A DNA stretch of 64,000 nucleotides, from positions 13,017 to 77,016 of the forward strand of contig CAWIFB010000030.1 in NCBI GenBank assembly GCA_963835335.1, given 5' to 3'. Origin of the DNA: an uncultured Chloroflexia bacterium. Its GTDB lineage: Bacteria; Chloroflexota; Limnocylindria; Limnocylindrales; CSP1-4. This document shows, one piece after another, positions 17,699-26,244 of this stretch (within the stretch, counting starts at the first letter, position 1; each line of letters starts with the position of its first letter). A model generated the notes under the pieces. That model made no database searches. It was given only the letters and a program-made list of their open reading frames with translations, and was not told where the DNA came from. A program made the position numbers and the translations under genes.

Positions 17699-17712
17699 CG
17701 GAAGCGCTTTCA
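17699..17712. promoter_or_regulatory. Candidate LacI/CebR-type operator 2
   Basis: CGGAAGCGCTTTCA has a perfect AAGCGCTT palindromic core and lies 20 nt upstream of the GH1 start codon. Confidence 0.5.
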
Positions 17713-17731
17713 GTGTCCAGGAGGCCGTAGC

Positions 17732-19057
17732 GTGCGGACGGTGGGATTCCCGCCCGGGTTTGTGTGGGGCGCCGCGACGGCTGCCTACCAGGTCGAGGGA
17801 GCCGCCCGGGCCGATGGGCGCGGCGAGAGCATCTGGGACCGGTTTGCCCATACGCCGGGTCGGGTCCGTGCGGGCGAGACCGGCGACATTGCCTGCGACC
17901 ACTACCACCGGTACGCGCAGGACATCGGGCTGATGGCCGAGCTGGGGCTGGATGCATACCGGTTCTCGGTCTCGTGGCCACGCGTGATCCCGGACGGCAC
18001 CGGAGCGGTGAACGAGCCGGGCCTGGACTTCTACGAGCGCCTCGTCGACGAGGCGCTGGCCCGAGGCATCGCTCCCCACGCGACGCTGTACCACTGGGAC
18101 CTGCCGCAGGCGCTCGAGGACGCGGGCGGCTGGCCGGCCAGGACCACGGCCGAGGCCTTCGCGCGCTACGCGGAGGTCGTCACGCGCCGGTTGGGCGATC
18201 GCCTCGCCTCGATCACGACCCTCAACGAGCCGTGGTGCAGCGCCCACCTCGGCTACCGGCTCGGCATCCATGCGCCGGGGCGCACCGATCCTGCGGCCGC
18301 CCTCGCCGCGTCGCACCACCTGCTCGTCGCGCACGGGCTGGGCATGCGCGCGATCCGTGCCGCGGCCCCCTCGCTGCCCGCGGGGATCGTGCTCAACTTC
18401 GAGCCATCCCGCCCGGCGACCACCCACCTGCTGGACCTCGAGGCCGCAGCGATCGCGAACGCACAGCTCAACCGCTTCTACCTGGACCCGATCACGGGCC
18501 GGGACTACCCGGACGACGCGGTCCGCTCATTCGGCTGGTCCCGGCGCGAGATCGTCGACGGCGACATGGCGCTGATCGCCGCGCCGATCGATCTGCTGGG
18601 TGTCAACTACTACACGAGCCGGACCGTCCGCTCACCGCTGCTGCCGCCGCTCCCGGCCAGTGCGGATCCGGAGCGGACGTCGATGGGCTGGGAGGTGCAC
18701 CCAGAGGGCCTGACCGAGGTTCTCCAGCTCGTGGCATCCCGGACCGGGGACCTGCCGCTGTACGTGATGGAGAACGGTGCCGCGTACGCGGACGATCCGG
18801 TGGATCCGCGACGGGACCCGGAGCGGGTCAGCTACCTCCAGCGTCACGTCGATGCCGCCCGGGCGGCCATCGAGGCGGGCGTCCCGCTCAAGGGCTACTT
18901 CGCCTGGTCACTGCTCGACAACTTCGAGTGGCATGACGGCTACGGCTACCGGTTCGGGCTCGTCCACGTCGATTTCGCAACGCAGGAGCGACAGATCCGG
19001 GACAGCGGCCGCTACTGGGGGTCGCTCGCGACGGGCGTGCCGCCGATCCCGGCGTGA
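17732..19057 (+). CDS. GH1 beta-glucosidase / beta-glycosidase
   Basis: GH1 catalytic motifs TLNEPW (acid/base) and YVMENGAAY (nucleophile). N-terminus is [19 protein letters not shown]. Confidence 0.95.
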   Translation: MRTVGFPPGFVWGAATAAYQVEGAARADGRGESIWDRFAHTPGRVRAGETGDIACDHYHRYAQDIGLMAELGLDAYRFSVSWPRVIPDGTGAVNEPGLDFYERLVDEALARGIAPHATLYHWDLPQALEDAGGWPARTTAEAFARYAEVVTRRLGDRLASITTLNEPWCSAHLGYRLGIHAPGRTDPAAALAASHHLLVAHGLGMRAIRAAAPSLPAGIVLNFEPSRPATTHLLDLEAAAIANAQLNRFYLDPITGRDYPDDAVRSFGWSRREIVDGDMALIAAPIDLLGVNYYTSRTVRSPLLPPLPASADPERTSMGWEVHPEGLTEVLQLVASRTGDLPLYVMENGAAYADDPVDPRRDPERVSYLQRHVDAARAAIEAGVPLKGYFAWSLLDNFEWHDGYGYRFGLVHVDFATQERQIRDSGRYWGSLATGVPPIPA

Positions 19058-20025
19058 GCAGCGAGATCGCCATCCCGTGGGAGGAGCGTCCCGCGGGATC
19101 GTCGGCCGTCGTATGGCGCTCGGCGCGAAACCCGATCATCCCGCGCGACCTGCTGCCGCGCTCCAACAGCATCTTCAACTCCGCCGTCGTTCCGTTCGAG
19201 GACGGGTTCGCGGGCGTGTTCCGGATCGACGACACCTCCCGCACCATGAACCTCCATGCCGGGTTCAGTCCCGACGGCGTCGACTGGGACATCGATCCGC
19301 AGCCGATCGTGTTCCTGGCCTCGGACGGCCGCGTCGCCGAGATCCAGGCGGACTTCACGCACGCGTACGACCCGCGGGTGACATGGCTCGAGGACCGCTG
19401 GTACGTGACCTGGTGCGCCGGCTATCACGGGCCGACGATCGGGGTCGGGTGGACCCGGGACTTCCGGACGTTCCACCAGCTCGACCATGCGTTCCTGCCG
19501 TTCAACCGCAACGGCGTCCTGTTCCCGCGACGGATCGGCGGCGCGTACGCGATGCTCAGCCGGCCGAGCGACAACGGCCACACGGCGTTCGGGGAGATCT
19601 TCTTCTCGGAGAGCCCCGACCTTGTCCACTGGGGTCGCCATCGCCACGTCATGGGCACCATCCCCTGGACGTGGCAATCGACAAAGGTCGGCGCGGGCCC
19701 GACGCCGATCGAGACGCCCGATGGCTGGCTGCTCCTGTACCACGGCGTCCTGACGTCCTGCAACGGGTTCGTGTACTCGATGGGGGCGGCGCTGCTGGAC
19801 CTGGAGCAGCCGTGGCGCGTGCTCGGGCGGGCGCCGGACTACCTGCTGTCCCCGCAGGCCGTCTACGAACAGGTCGGCGACGTGCCGAACGTGGTCTTCC
19901 CGTGCTCGGCGCTGGTCGATCGGGATGCCGACCGGGTCGCGATCTACTACGGTGCCGCCGATACCGTGGTCGCCCTGGCGTTCGGCCATCTCTCGGAGCT
20001 GGTGCGCTTCGCCCGCGGCGGGTGA
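19054..20025 (+). CDS. GH130-family glycoside phosphorylase (beta-mannoside phosphorylase-like)
   Basis: [34 protein letters not shown] and LLYHGV are typical of GH130 (DUF377) enzymes. The GTG overlaps the GH1 stop (GTGA). Confidence 0.8.
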   Translation: MSSEIAIPWEERPAGSSAVVWRSARNPIIPRDLLPRSNSIFNSAVVPFEDGFAGVFRIDDTSRTMNLHAGFSPDGVDWDIDPQPIVFLASDGRVAEIQADFTHAYDPRVTWLEDRWYVTWCAGYHGPTIGVGWTRDFRTFHQLDHAFLPFNRNGVLFPRRIGGAYAMLSRPSDNGHTAFGEIFFSESPDLVHWGRHRHVMGTIPWTWQSTKVGAGPTPIETPDGWLLLYHGVLTSCNGFVYSMGAALLDLEQPWRVLGRAPDYLLSPQAVYEQVGDVPNVVFPCSALVDRDADRVAIYYGAADTVVALAFGHLSELVRFARGG

Positions 20026-20039
20026 GCGATTGCCCGGCC

Positions 20040-20450
20040 GCCGGACCCCACCGTCGAAGTCCTGTCCGTCGCCGTCGGGCCGACCGGCCGCTACGTCGAC
20101 GTCCTGCCACCTACCGCGCACCCGGACGCTAACGACGAAGTCCTGCCACCTACCGCACAGCGTGGTGGTAGTCCGGGTCCTGCCACCTCCGGAGCCACCG
20201 GCCACCCGCCACCGGTCGAATTCGTGCACGGATCGGGCGTCTCGAGCCCGTCGGGTCGGCCGTCATCCCACGCCAACCCCGCCTAGCACCACTGGCGGCG
20301 GTGCCTGACAGCACTTCCGGGTGTTTCAGCCGATAGCACCGCCACCGGCGGTGCGGGACAGGAACGGCGGCGGGTGCGGGACAGGAAGCGGCTGCGGGTG
20401 CGGGACAGAAAGCGGCGGCGGGTGCGGGAGGGGAACGCCGGCGGTGCGGG
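20040..20450 (+). repeat. Interspersed noncoding repeat, copy B (extra 5' ~40-nt units, core, ~24-nt tandem repeats)
   Basis: Core 20115-20364 is near-identical to 10446-10694. There are three units ending in GTCCTG(C/T)C.. at the 5' side, versus one in copy A. GGTGCGGGACAGGAAGCGGC-like repeats occupy 20350-20450. Confidence 0.9.
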
Positions 20451-20492
20451 ACGCCCGATGACGGGCACGCCGGCGCCGGGCGCGGGCCGCGA

Positions 20493-21173
20493 TCAGCTAC
20501 CGGGCAGCCACGCCTCGACCCGCGCCCGTGCCGTGTCGTCTGTCAGGGGCCCGTTGATCACCTCGAGGATGCGTCCGTCGGGGCTGATGAAGAACTGGGT
20601 CGGCAGCGCGAACACCTTGTACAGCCCGAAGATGTCGGCGGAGGCGTCGAACGCGATGTCGTAGCCGAGCTCGTAGCGCTGCGCGTAGGCGCGTACGTCG
20701 TCGACCGTCGTCTCCTGGACCGCGACCCCGATGATCGACAGCCCGCGGGATGCGTACGTGGCGTCCATGTCGCGCAGCACCGGCGTTTCGGCCTGGCACG
20801 GCGGGCACCAGGTCGCCCAGAAGTTGAGCCACACCAGCCGGCCGCGAAGGTCGGCCAGTCGGACCGGCTTGCCGTCGAGATCGGTCAGCGTCATGGAGGT
20901 CCCGTCGTCGCGGACTGCCTCGAGCTCGGGGGCGAGGTCGCCGGGCCGCAGCCCTTCCGTGGCCGGCCCAAGCAGGAATGGCGTCGACGCCGGGATCGTG
21001 ATCGTGCCGTTGGGGCCGGCGGCGATCGGGCGGGTGACGACGGTCAGTGTGACCGCGGCGACCACGACGACCAGGAGCACGGTCAGCAGCTGCCGGCCGC
21101 TGAACGGGCCGACGAGCCCGCGCCGCGGGGTGGGCGGGTTCGGCTGCGGACCCGGCTCGGGCGCCGCCGTCAT
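20493..21173 (-). CDS. TlpA/ResA-like membrane-anchored thiol:disulfide oxidoreductase
   Basis: Thioredoxin motif WATWCPPCQ and an N-terminal TM anchor. The ATG overlaps the ccdA stop (ATGA). Confidence 0.9.
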   Translation of the reverse strand: MTAAPEPGPQPNPPTPRRGLVGPFSGRQLLTVLLVVVVAAVTLTVVTRPIAAGPNGTITIPASTPFLLGPATEGLRPGDLAPELEAVRDDGTSMTLTDLDGKPVRLADLRGRLVWLNFWATWCPPCQAETPVLRDMDATYASRGLSIIGVAVQETTVDDVRAYAQRYELGYDIAFDASADIFGLYKVFALPTQFFISPDGRILEVINGPLTDDTARARVEAWLPGS

Positions 21174-21988
21174 ACGAACGACGTGAACTGGAAGTAGCGC
21201 GGGAGGAGGACCAGGAGGTCGAAGATCATCGCGAGCCCGATGGCCACGACGAGCAGCCCGCCGATCAACGAGACCGCGTGCCCGTGGCGAACCAGGAACC
21301 GGGTCACGCGCGTTGCGCGATCGTAGAACGCCGCGATGAGCAGGAACGGGATGCCCAGCCCGGCCGTGTAGCTCACCAGGAGCAGCGCGCCCTGGAGCTT
21401 GGTGTCCGAGACCGCGGCCATCGTCAGGATGCCGCCCAGGATCGCGCCGATGCAGGGCGTCCAGCCGATGGCGAAGATGGCGCCCAGCGCGAACGCAGCG
21501 GGCAGGCCCGCGCGGCCCCCGACGAGCCGCCGTCCGAGGCGCCCGCCGGCACCGCCGCCCGGGCTGCCCCCAGCTGGTGCCAGCGTCATGCCTCCCGTCA
21601 TCGACGTGAGCCCCGCCGACGCCCCGGCATCGAGCGGACGCCACGTCCGCTCGAGGATCGGGATGTTGACGAGGCCGGCCAGGCTGAGGCCCATGATCAC
21701 GAGCACGAACCCGCCGATCACGCGCAGCGGCTGGATGTAGTCGGCGATCGCACCACCCGCGAACGCGGCGGTGACGCCCAGCAGCGTGAACACCGTGCCG
21801 AACCCGGCGACGTACGCCGCCGCGTGGCGCATCGCCGCCCAGCGCGACGGCGCCTCGCCCTGGTTCGCCGCCACGGCGACCGCCGTGAGCTGGCCGAGGT
21901 ATGCGGGCACGAGCGGCAGCACGCACGGCGACAGGAACGAGATCAGGCCGGCCGCGAAGGCGACCAGAATCGTGTAGTCCCCGGTCAT
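21170..21988 (-). CDS. ccdA: Cytochrome c biogenesis / thiol-reductant transfer protein CcdA (DsbD-like)
   Basis: Multi-TM protein with FLSPCVLPLVPAY and GWTPCIGAILGGIL, the two conserved Cys motifs of the CcdA/DsbD core. Confidence 0.9.
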   Translation of the reverse strand: MTGDYTILVAFAAGLISFLSPCVLPLVPAYLGQLTAVAVAANQGEAPSRWAAMRHAAAYVAGFGTVFTLLGVTAAFAGGAIADYIQPLRVIGGFVLVIMGLSLAGLVNIPILERTWRPLDAGASAGLTSMTGGMTLAPAGGSPGGGAGGRLGRRLVGGRAGLPAAFALGAIFAIGWTPCIGAILGGILTMAAVSDTKLQGALLLVSYTAGLGIPFLLIAAFYDRATRVTRFLVRHGHAVSLIGGLLVVAIGLAMIFDLLVLLPRYFQFTSFV

Positions 21989-22278
21989 CCGACGGTCACC
22001 GCTTCGCCGTCGAGCGCCTGGGCGAGGAACCGCCGCAGCTTGGCGGCCGTGGTGGCCAACTCCAGCTCGTGGCCGCCGAACGTCACGACCGGGATGGTCA
22101 GCGCGTACCTCCGCTGGAGCGCCTCGTCATCCTCGATGGTCCGCTCCTCGAATGGTGGAACGGGGAGGCCGCGGGAAACGCGGTCGGCGAGGAGGGCATC
22201 GAGCATCGCGCGCGCGTCCTCGCACAGGTGGCATCCGGGGCGACCGTACAGGACCAGGGAGGGAAGGGGAGTGGTCAC
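21985..22278 (-). CDS. Glutaredoxin-like protein (97 aa)
   Basis: LVLYGRPGCHLCEDA CxxC motif. GTG start at 22278. Its stop overlaps the ccdA start (ATGA). Confidence 0.75.
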   Translation of the reverse strand: MTTPLPSLVLYGRPGCHLCEDARAMLDALLADRVSRGLPVPPFEERTIEDDEALQRRYALTIPVVTFGGHELELATTAAKLRRFLAQALDGEAVTVG

Positions 22279-22381
22279 GTGACCGATTGTAGGCGGGCTT
22301 TCGCGATCGGCCCGGCGACGCGCGGGCGGCGATTGCAGTCGCGACCCTCCCGCGGCGTCGGGCGCCCGTATCATCGCCACC

Positions 22382-22780
22382 ATGCCGGAGCCCTCGCTGT
22401 ACGACCACGTCGGCGGGATTGCCTATTTCGAGCGCCTCGTCGACCGCTTCTACCGGGGGGTCGAGGGAGATCCGGCCCTGCTCGCGCTGTATCCGGACCA
22501 AACGGATCTTGCGGGCGCGCGGCGTCGGCTCACGCTCTTCCTCGTGCAGTACTGGGGCGGCCCAACGACGTACCTCGAGGAACGCGGGCACCCGCGGCTG
22601 CGCGCGCGACACTCCCGGTTCTCGATCGGCTGCCGGGAGCGCGACCACTGGCTGATCCACATGCGGGCGGCAATCGACGAATCCGAGGCCCAGCCGGACG
22701 CGCGGACAAGGCTCCACGAGTACATGACGATGGCCGCGGACGCGATGCGCAATCGCGAGGATCTGCCTGCCGCGACCTGA
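22382..22780 (+). CDS. glbO: Group-II truncated haemoglobin (GlbO-like)
   Basis: LYDHVGG...F..LVDRFY..V..DP.L..LYP, YWGGP..Y...RGHPRLRARH..F.I are typical 2-on-2 globin motifs. Confidence 0.85.
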   Translation: MPEPSLYDHVGGIAYFERLVDRFYRGVEGDPALLALYPDQTDLAGARRRLTLFLVQYWGGPTTYLEERGHPRLRARHSRFSIGCRERDHWLIHMRAAIDESEAQPDARTRLHEYMTMAADAMRNREDLPAAT

Positions 22781-22804
22781 CGCGCTGCTACGATGCGTCT
22801 GCGC

Positions 22805-22880
22805 GCCCCCGTAGCTCAGTGGATAGAGCGCAGCCGTCCTAAGGCTGGCGTCGGCGGTTCGAATCCGTCCGGGGGCGCCA
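22805..22880 (+). tRNA. tRNA-Arg (anticodon CCT), CCA encoded
   Basis: Manual fold: acceptor GCCCCCG/CGGGGGC, D arm GCTC-AGTGGATA-GAGC, anticodon stem CAGCC/GGCTG with loop GT-CCT-AA, T arm GGCGG-TTCGAAT-CCGTC, discriminator G, then CCA. Confidence 0.95.
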
Positions 22881-23163
22881 ACAGCAAATCGTCGGCGGCC
22901 GCGAAGCGATCGACGAGCATGCCGATGAGCTCCCGGAGCTACTCCAGGCTAGCCGTGTCGATCGCGGCGCGCAGCACTCCACCATCGCCGCGACCGCGTC
23001 GAACGTCACGATCTTGTCCGACGCCGGGCAACAGCGCCAGCTCCGCCTTCGTCTCCCGCATCTTGCTTCCCGTTACTTGGGGGCTTCGATGCCGCCCCAC
23101 TCCAACTGCTGCTTCAGGCGATCGACACGCATCCAACTACACCACCTGGCCCCCGCCCACCCA

Positions 23164-23907
23164 TCAGCGCGGTTGGATCTCGATGGAAGCGATGATGCCC
23201 TCGAGCTCCGCGCGGTCGGTGGCTGTGGTCATGGCCGGGATCCGGGCGAAGAACGTCTCGCGTGTTCCGTCAATATCGAGGACGTAGATCCTGTTCACCT
23301 CGTCGTTCCCCTGGACGAACCGGGGGTCGCCGGCCGAGCCCCATATCCAGAAGGCCTGCGCTCCGCAGGTCGTGATGTCCGTGGCGACCGTTACTTCGAC
23401 CGACTTGCCCGGATAGCCGTCGATCATCACCGCGGTCGGCTCGGCGCTCGTCACGCCAGGCTGGCGAGCAATCGCCTCGATGAGGTCATCGATGCTGGGT
23501 CCTGGAGGCGGATCGAGCAGCGTGTGATCCGTACAGGCGTTCACATAGCGGTTGCTGATGGGCCACACCCCCAGACCTGGGCCCGCCTGTGCCTCCGTTG
23601 GTCCGTAGTCCTTCCGAACGGAGAAATCCTCGAGTGAGGACCAGCCGTCCGGGACGGTGATTTCGATGGCGAACCCTCTGCCCCTGTCGCCCATGCCTCC
23701 CATCAGGTAACGACCCGCATCGAGACGCACCTCGCCGACGATGAGATTTGGCGTTCCCCTAGGTGTCGCTGATCCGGCGCCCGCTTGGACGACCCCGGGA
23801 ACGGCCGCGGTTTCTCCCGGAACCGCTGCGAGAGCGCACCCGACGACCGCGACCGCGATGATGCTCGCCGATGCGGCGGTCCACGCTGTGATGTATCTCA
23901 TGCTCAT
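23164..23907 (-). CDS. Secreted lipoprotein of unknown function, paralogous to the anti-sigma extracytoplasmic domain
   Basis: ATG at 23907 after GGAGACGGGAGC. Lipobox is AVAVVGC. It shares TVPDGWS, a conserved Cys pair and the C-terminal ..ID...AEL..II.SI.. region with CDS 24744-25751. Confidence 0.75.
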   Translation of the reverse strand: MSMRYITAWTAASASIIAVAVVGCALAAVPGETAAVPGVVQAGAGSATPRGTPNLIVGEVRLDAGRYLMGGMGDRGRGFAIEITVPDGWSSLEDFSVRKDYGPTEAQAGPGLGVWPISNRYVNACTDHTLLDPPPGPSIDDLIEAIARQPGVTSAEPTAVMIDGYPGKSVEVTVATDITTCGAQAFWIWGSAGDPRFVQGNDEVNRIYVLDIDGTRETFFARIPAMTTATDRAELEGIIASIEIQPR

Positions 23908-24030
23908 GCTCCCGTCTCCTGCCGTGCGAACCTTGGACGTAGTCGCGGGATCGATCACCCGGAAAGCGGCATGCCCCAGCGTCCGCGCTCCGCAGTCGGC
24001 ACACGAGCGATCAACCTGATCGCCTGCCCC

Positions 24031-24063
24031 GCATGAGCCGCCCACTGTCGCAATCGTTCCATC
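24031..24063 (-). promoter_or_regulatory. ECF-type promoter-like motif facing the lipoprotein gene
   Basis: The minus strand reads GATGGAACGATTG-N13-CTCATGC, identical in both boxes and in spacing to the plus-strand copy at 24115-24147. Confidence 0.5.
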
Positions 24064-24114
24064 TCCGATCCCCAGGGTGGGCGGGAGTTGTCATCGGACC
24101 GGCAAGCTGACACG

Positions 24115-24147
24115 GATGGAACGATTGGTGTCGCCAAGGGCTCATGC
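24115..24147 (+). promoter_or_regulatory. ECF-type promoter-like motif facing the sigma factor operon
   Basis: GATGGAACGATTG-N13-CTCATGC, with a GGAAC -35-like element. It ends 43 nt upstream of the sigma factor ATG. Confidence 0.5.
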
Positions 24148-24189
24148 TAGGTAGCGCGGTCACCCCGATCGCCGAAGGCAGGTGCCGGA

Positions 24190-24747
24190 ATGCAGCGTGA
24201 TCTCGTCGAACGAGCGAGAACTGGCGACCGTGAGGCGTTCTCACACCTTGCCTCGGCCTCGTTCGACCAGCTGTTCCGGACCGCCCGACTGATTGTCCGG
24301 GACGAGGAGCGAGCGGCCGACGCGGTCCAGGAGGCGCTCTTGTCTGCCTGGCTCCACATCGGTGCCGTCAAGGATCCAGATCGGTTCGAGGCTTGGCTGC
24401 GCCGGCTTCTGGTCCATGCCTGCTATCGCGAGGCGCGCCGCGCCCACCACCGTCGTGTGATGGAGGTGGAGGTCACGTCGCTCGTTGGGCCGACCCGAGA
24501 TGACGTCCAGCGAGCGACGGCGATGCGCGACGAACTCGCTCGCGGTTTCGGGCGGCTGCGCCTCGACCACCGGGCCGTCCTGGTCGTCCACCACTACCTG
24601 GGCCTCACCGACCCGGAAGCGGCCGCGGTCCTCGACATCCCCCTCGGCACGTACAAGTCGAGGTTGCATCGGGCGACCGACGCCATGCGGGCAGCCCTCG
24701 AAGCGGACAGCCGCACGCCGGTTCGGACACAGGAGTCGATCGCATGA
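24190..24747 (+). CDS. ECF (group 4) RNA polymerase sigma factor
   Basis: Region 2 (DAVQEALLSAWLHIGAVKDPDRFEAWLRRLLVHAC) and region 4 (LDHRAVLVVHHYLGLTDPEAAAVLDIPLGTYKSRLHRA). Confidence 0.9.
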   Translation: MQRDLVERARTGDREAFSHLASASFDQLFRTARLIVRDEERAADAVQEALLSAWLHIGAVKDPDRFEAWLRRLLVHACYREARRAHHRRVMEVEVTSLVGPTRDDVQRATAMRDELARGFGRLRLDHRAVLVVHHYLGLTDPEAAAVLDIPLGTYKSRLHRATDAMRAALEADSRTPVRTQESIA

Positions 24748-25751
24748 CGACGAACGACGCGTTCGACGCCACTCTGAACTCGTGGCTTGACGACGAAGCT
24801 TCGGCCCAGATCCCGAGCGTTGGCAGGGAGCACCTGTTCGCGGAAATCGTAACGCGACGGCGGCGGCCCGGACCCCTCGCCGGGCTCGGCAGCCACTGGA
24901 TCGCCGATCCCTCCACGCGAGCCGGCTTCGGAAGCTCCCGGCGCGTGCTCGGACTGCCGGTCGCGATGCTCCTGCTGCCGCTGTTGGCTCTCGCGCTGCT
25001 CGGCGCCACGATGCTCGTTGCTGGCTCGCTCGGCGAGATCACGATTGCACCACCCGTCCCGGACGGGCACCTGCCGAGCAACATTCCCGTGAGCACAGCG
25101 CGGGTTGGACCCTTGTTCCCGGACGTGATTCCGGCTGTGGGTCGGCTGACTCCCGGCACCTACTCCTATCTCGACGTGGACGGATCCGGCGTCAACGCGC
25201 AATTCACGGTGCCGGACGGTTGGAGCTGGGACGGCCGATCGCTCCGCAGGGATGGCTCCGGACCGGTCGATGGTGCGGCGATCATGTTCTTCGGCAACGC
25301 GGCGGATGTAGAGGTCTATGTCGATCCGTGCCGCTGGTCGGAGGGGCGATCCGCGGTCGTCACAGACACGGTCGACGGCGTTGTCACGGCGCTGACACTT
25401 CAGCCGTCGCGAAACCCGACATTGCCACCCAATCCTTGGGTACCCGGTGTCAATGTCCCGGATTCGTCACGCGGTCTCGTGGTTGACCTGATCGTTCCCG
25501 CGGGTCTGGACATCACCGGCTGCGACGAGGGCGAGTATCGAAGTTGGACGATCGGCGACATCAGTCGATCCCATGAAGGCCGAGGACAGCGCGACAGCGT
25601 TTCGATCATCGACATCTACGGCATGTACGGTGGTCAGAGTGGTCCGGGCGGGATCATCATCGATGCCGCGAGCTTCCCGAATACCTCACCCACCGTCATG
25701 GCGGAGATCGACGCCATCGTCGACAGCATCGTCTTGGGTCACTGGGGGTGA
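24744..25751 (+). CDS. Putative anti-sigma factor: short cytoplasmic N-terminus, one TM, ~230-aa extracytoplasmic domain
   Basis: ATGA overlap with the sigma gene. TM segment is LGLPVAMLLLPLLALALLGATMLVAG. There is no HxxxCxxC zinc motif. The C-terminal domain is homologous to lipoprotein 23164-23907. Confidence 0.7.
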   Translation: MTTNDAFDATLNSWLDDEASAQIPSVGREHLFAEIVTRRRRPGPLAGLGSHWIADPSTRAGFGSSRRVLGLPVAMLLLPLLALALLGATMLVAGSLGEITIAPPVPDGHLPSNIPVSTARVGPLFPDVIPAVGRLTPGTYSYLDVDGSGVNAQFTVPDGWSWDGRSLRRDGSGPVDGAAIMFFGNAADVEVYVDPCRWSEGRSAVVTDTVDGVVTALTLQPSRNPTLPPNPWVPGVNVPDSSRGLVVDLIVPAGLDITGCDEGEYRSWTIGDISRSHEGRGQRDSVSIIDIYGMYGGQSGPGGIIIDAASFPNTSPTVMAEIDAIVDSIVLGHWG

Positions 25752-25911
25752 CCGGGAGTGGCGCTGGGGAGAGCAGCGGGCTCGCCATCAGGTGACGGCA
25801 GAGGACTGCTGCAGAACTGAACCACCAAGGGTCAACCGAAACTGCGGCTTGTGGAGAGCGACGTTTTCGTCGTCGCGCCAGCCAATGACACACCCTCCCG
25901 GATGCCTCGCT

Positions 25912-26244
25912 TCAGCGTTGGGCGCGAGCGCTGATCGCGTAGGCCATGAACCAACGCTCGAGCGATGCAGGCGTCGAGCCATAGACATTGTCGCCGGCGA
26001 GCAGGTCGCAGACGACCTCGCGCGCCCGCGCGATCTCTCGGCGGCGGTGACCGGCCCAGCGTGGGTCCGCCAGGGTGAGATCGAGCTGCGCGAGGGCACG
26101 CGCCAGGTTCGAGGCCAAACGCAGCTGGTTGCCGCTCTCGCGCGCCCTGATCGCCCGACCGACATCGGCTCCGGCGTTGCCGAGCTGCTCGGCGAGCGTC
26201 ATGGCGTGCCAGCGGTCGGGCGTGAGGTCGGGGTGGAGGGTCAC
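25912..26244 (-). CDS. Conserved-looking all-helical hypothetical protein (110 aa)
   Basis: Intact ORF. Its ATG overlaps the stop of the upstream fragment (ATGA). Family not recognised. Confidence 0.5.
   Translation of the reverse strand: MTLHPDLTPDRWHAMTLAEQLGNAGADVGRAIRARESGNQLRLASNLARALAQLDLTLADPRWAGHRRREIARAREVVCDLLAGDNVYGSTPASLERWFMAYAISARAQR

Noticed and set aside
22793-23287. 164-aa plus-strand ORF
   Set aside because: It reads straight through the tRNA-Arg gene and has no protein-like features.
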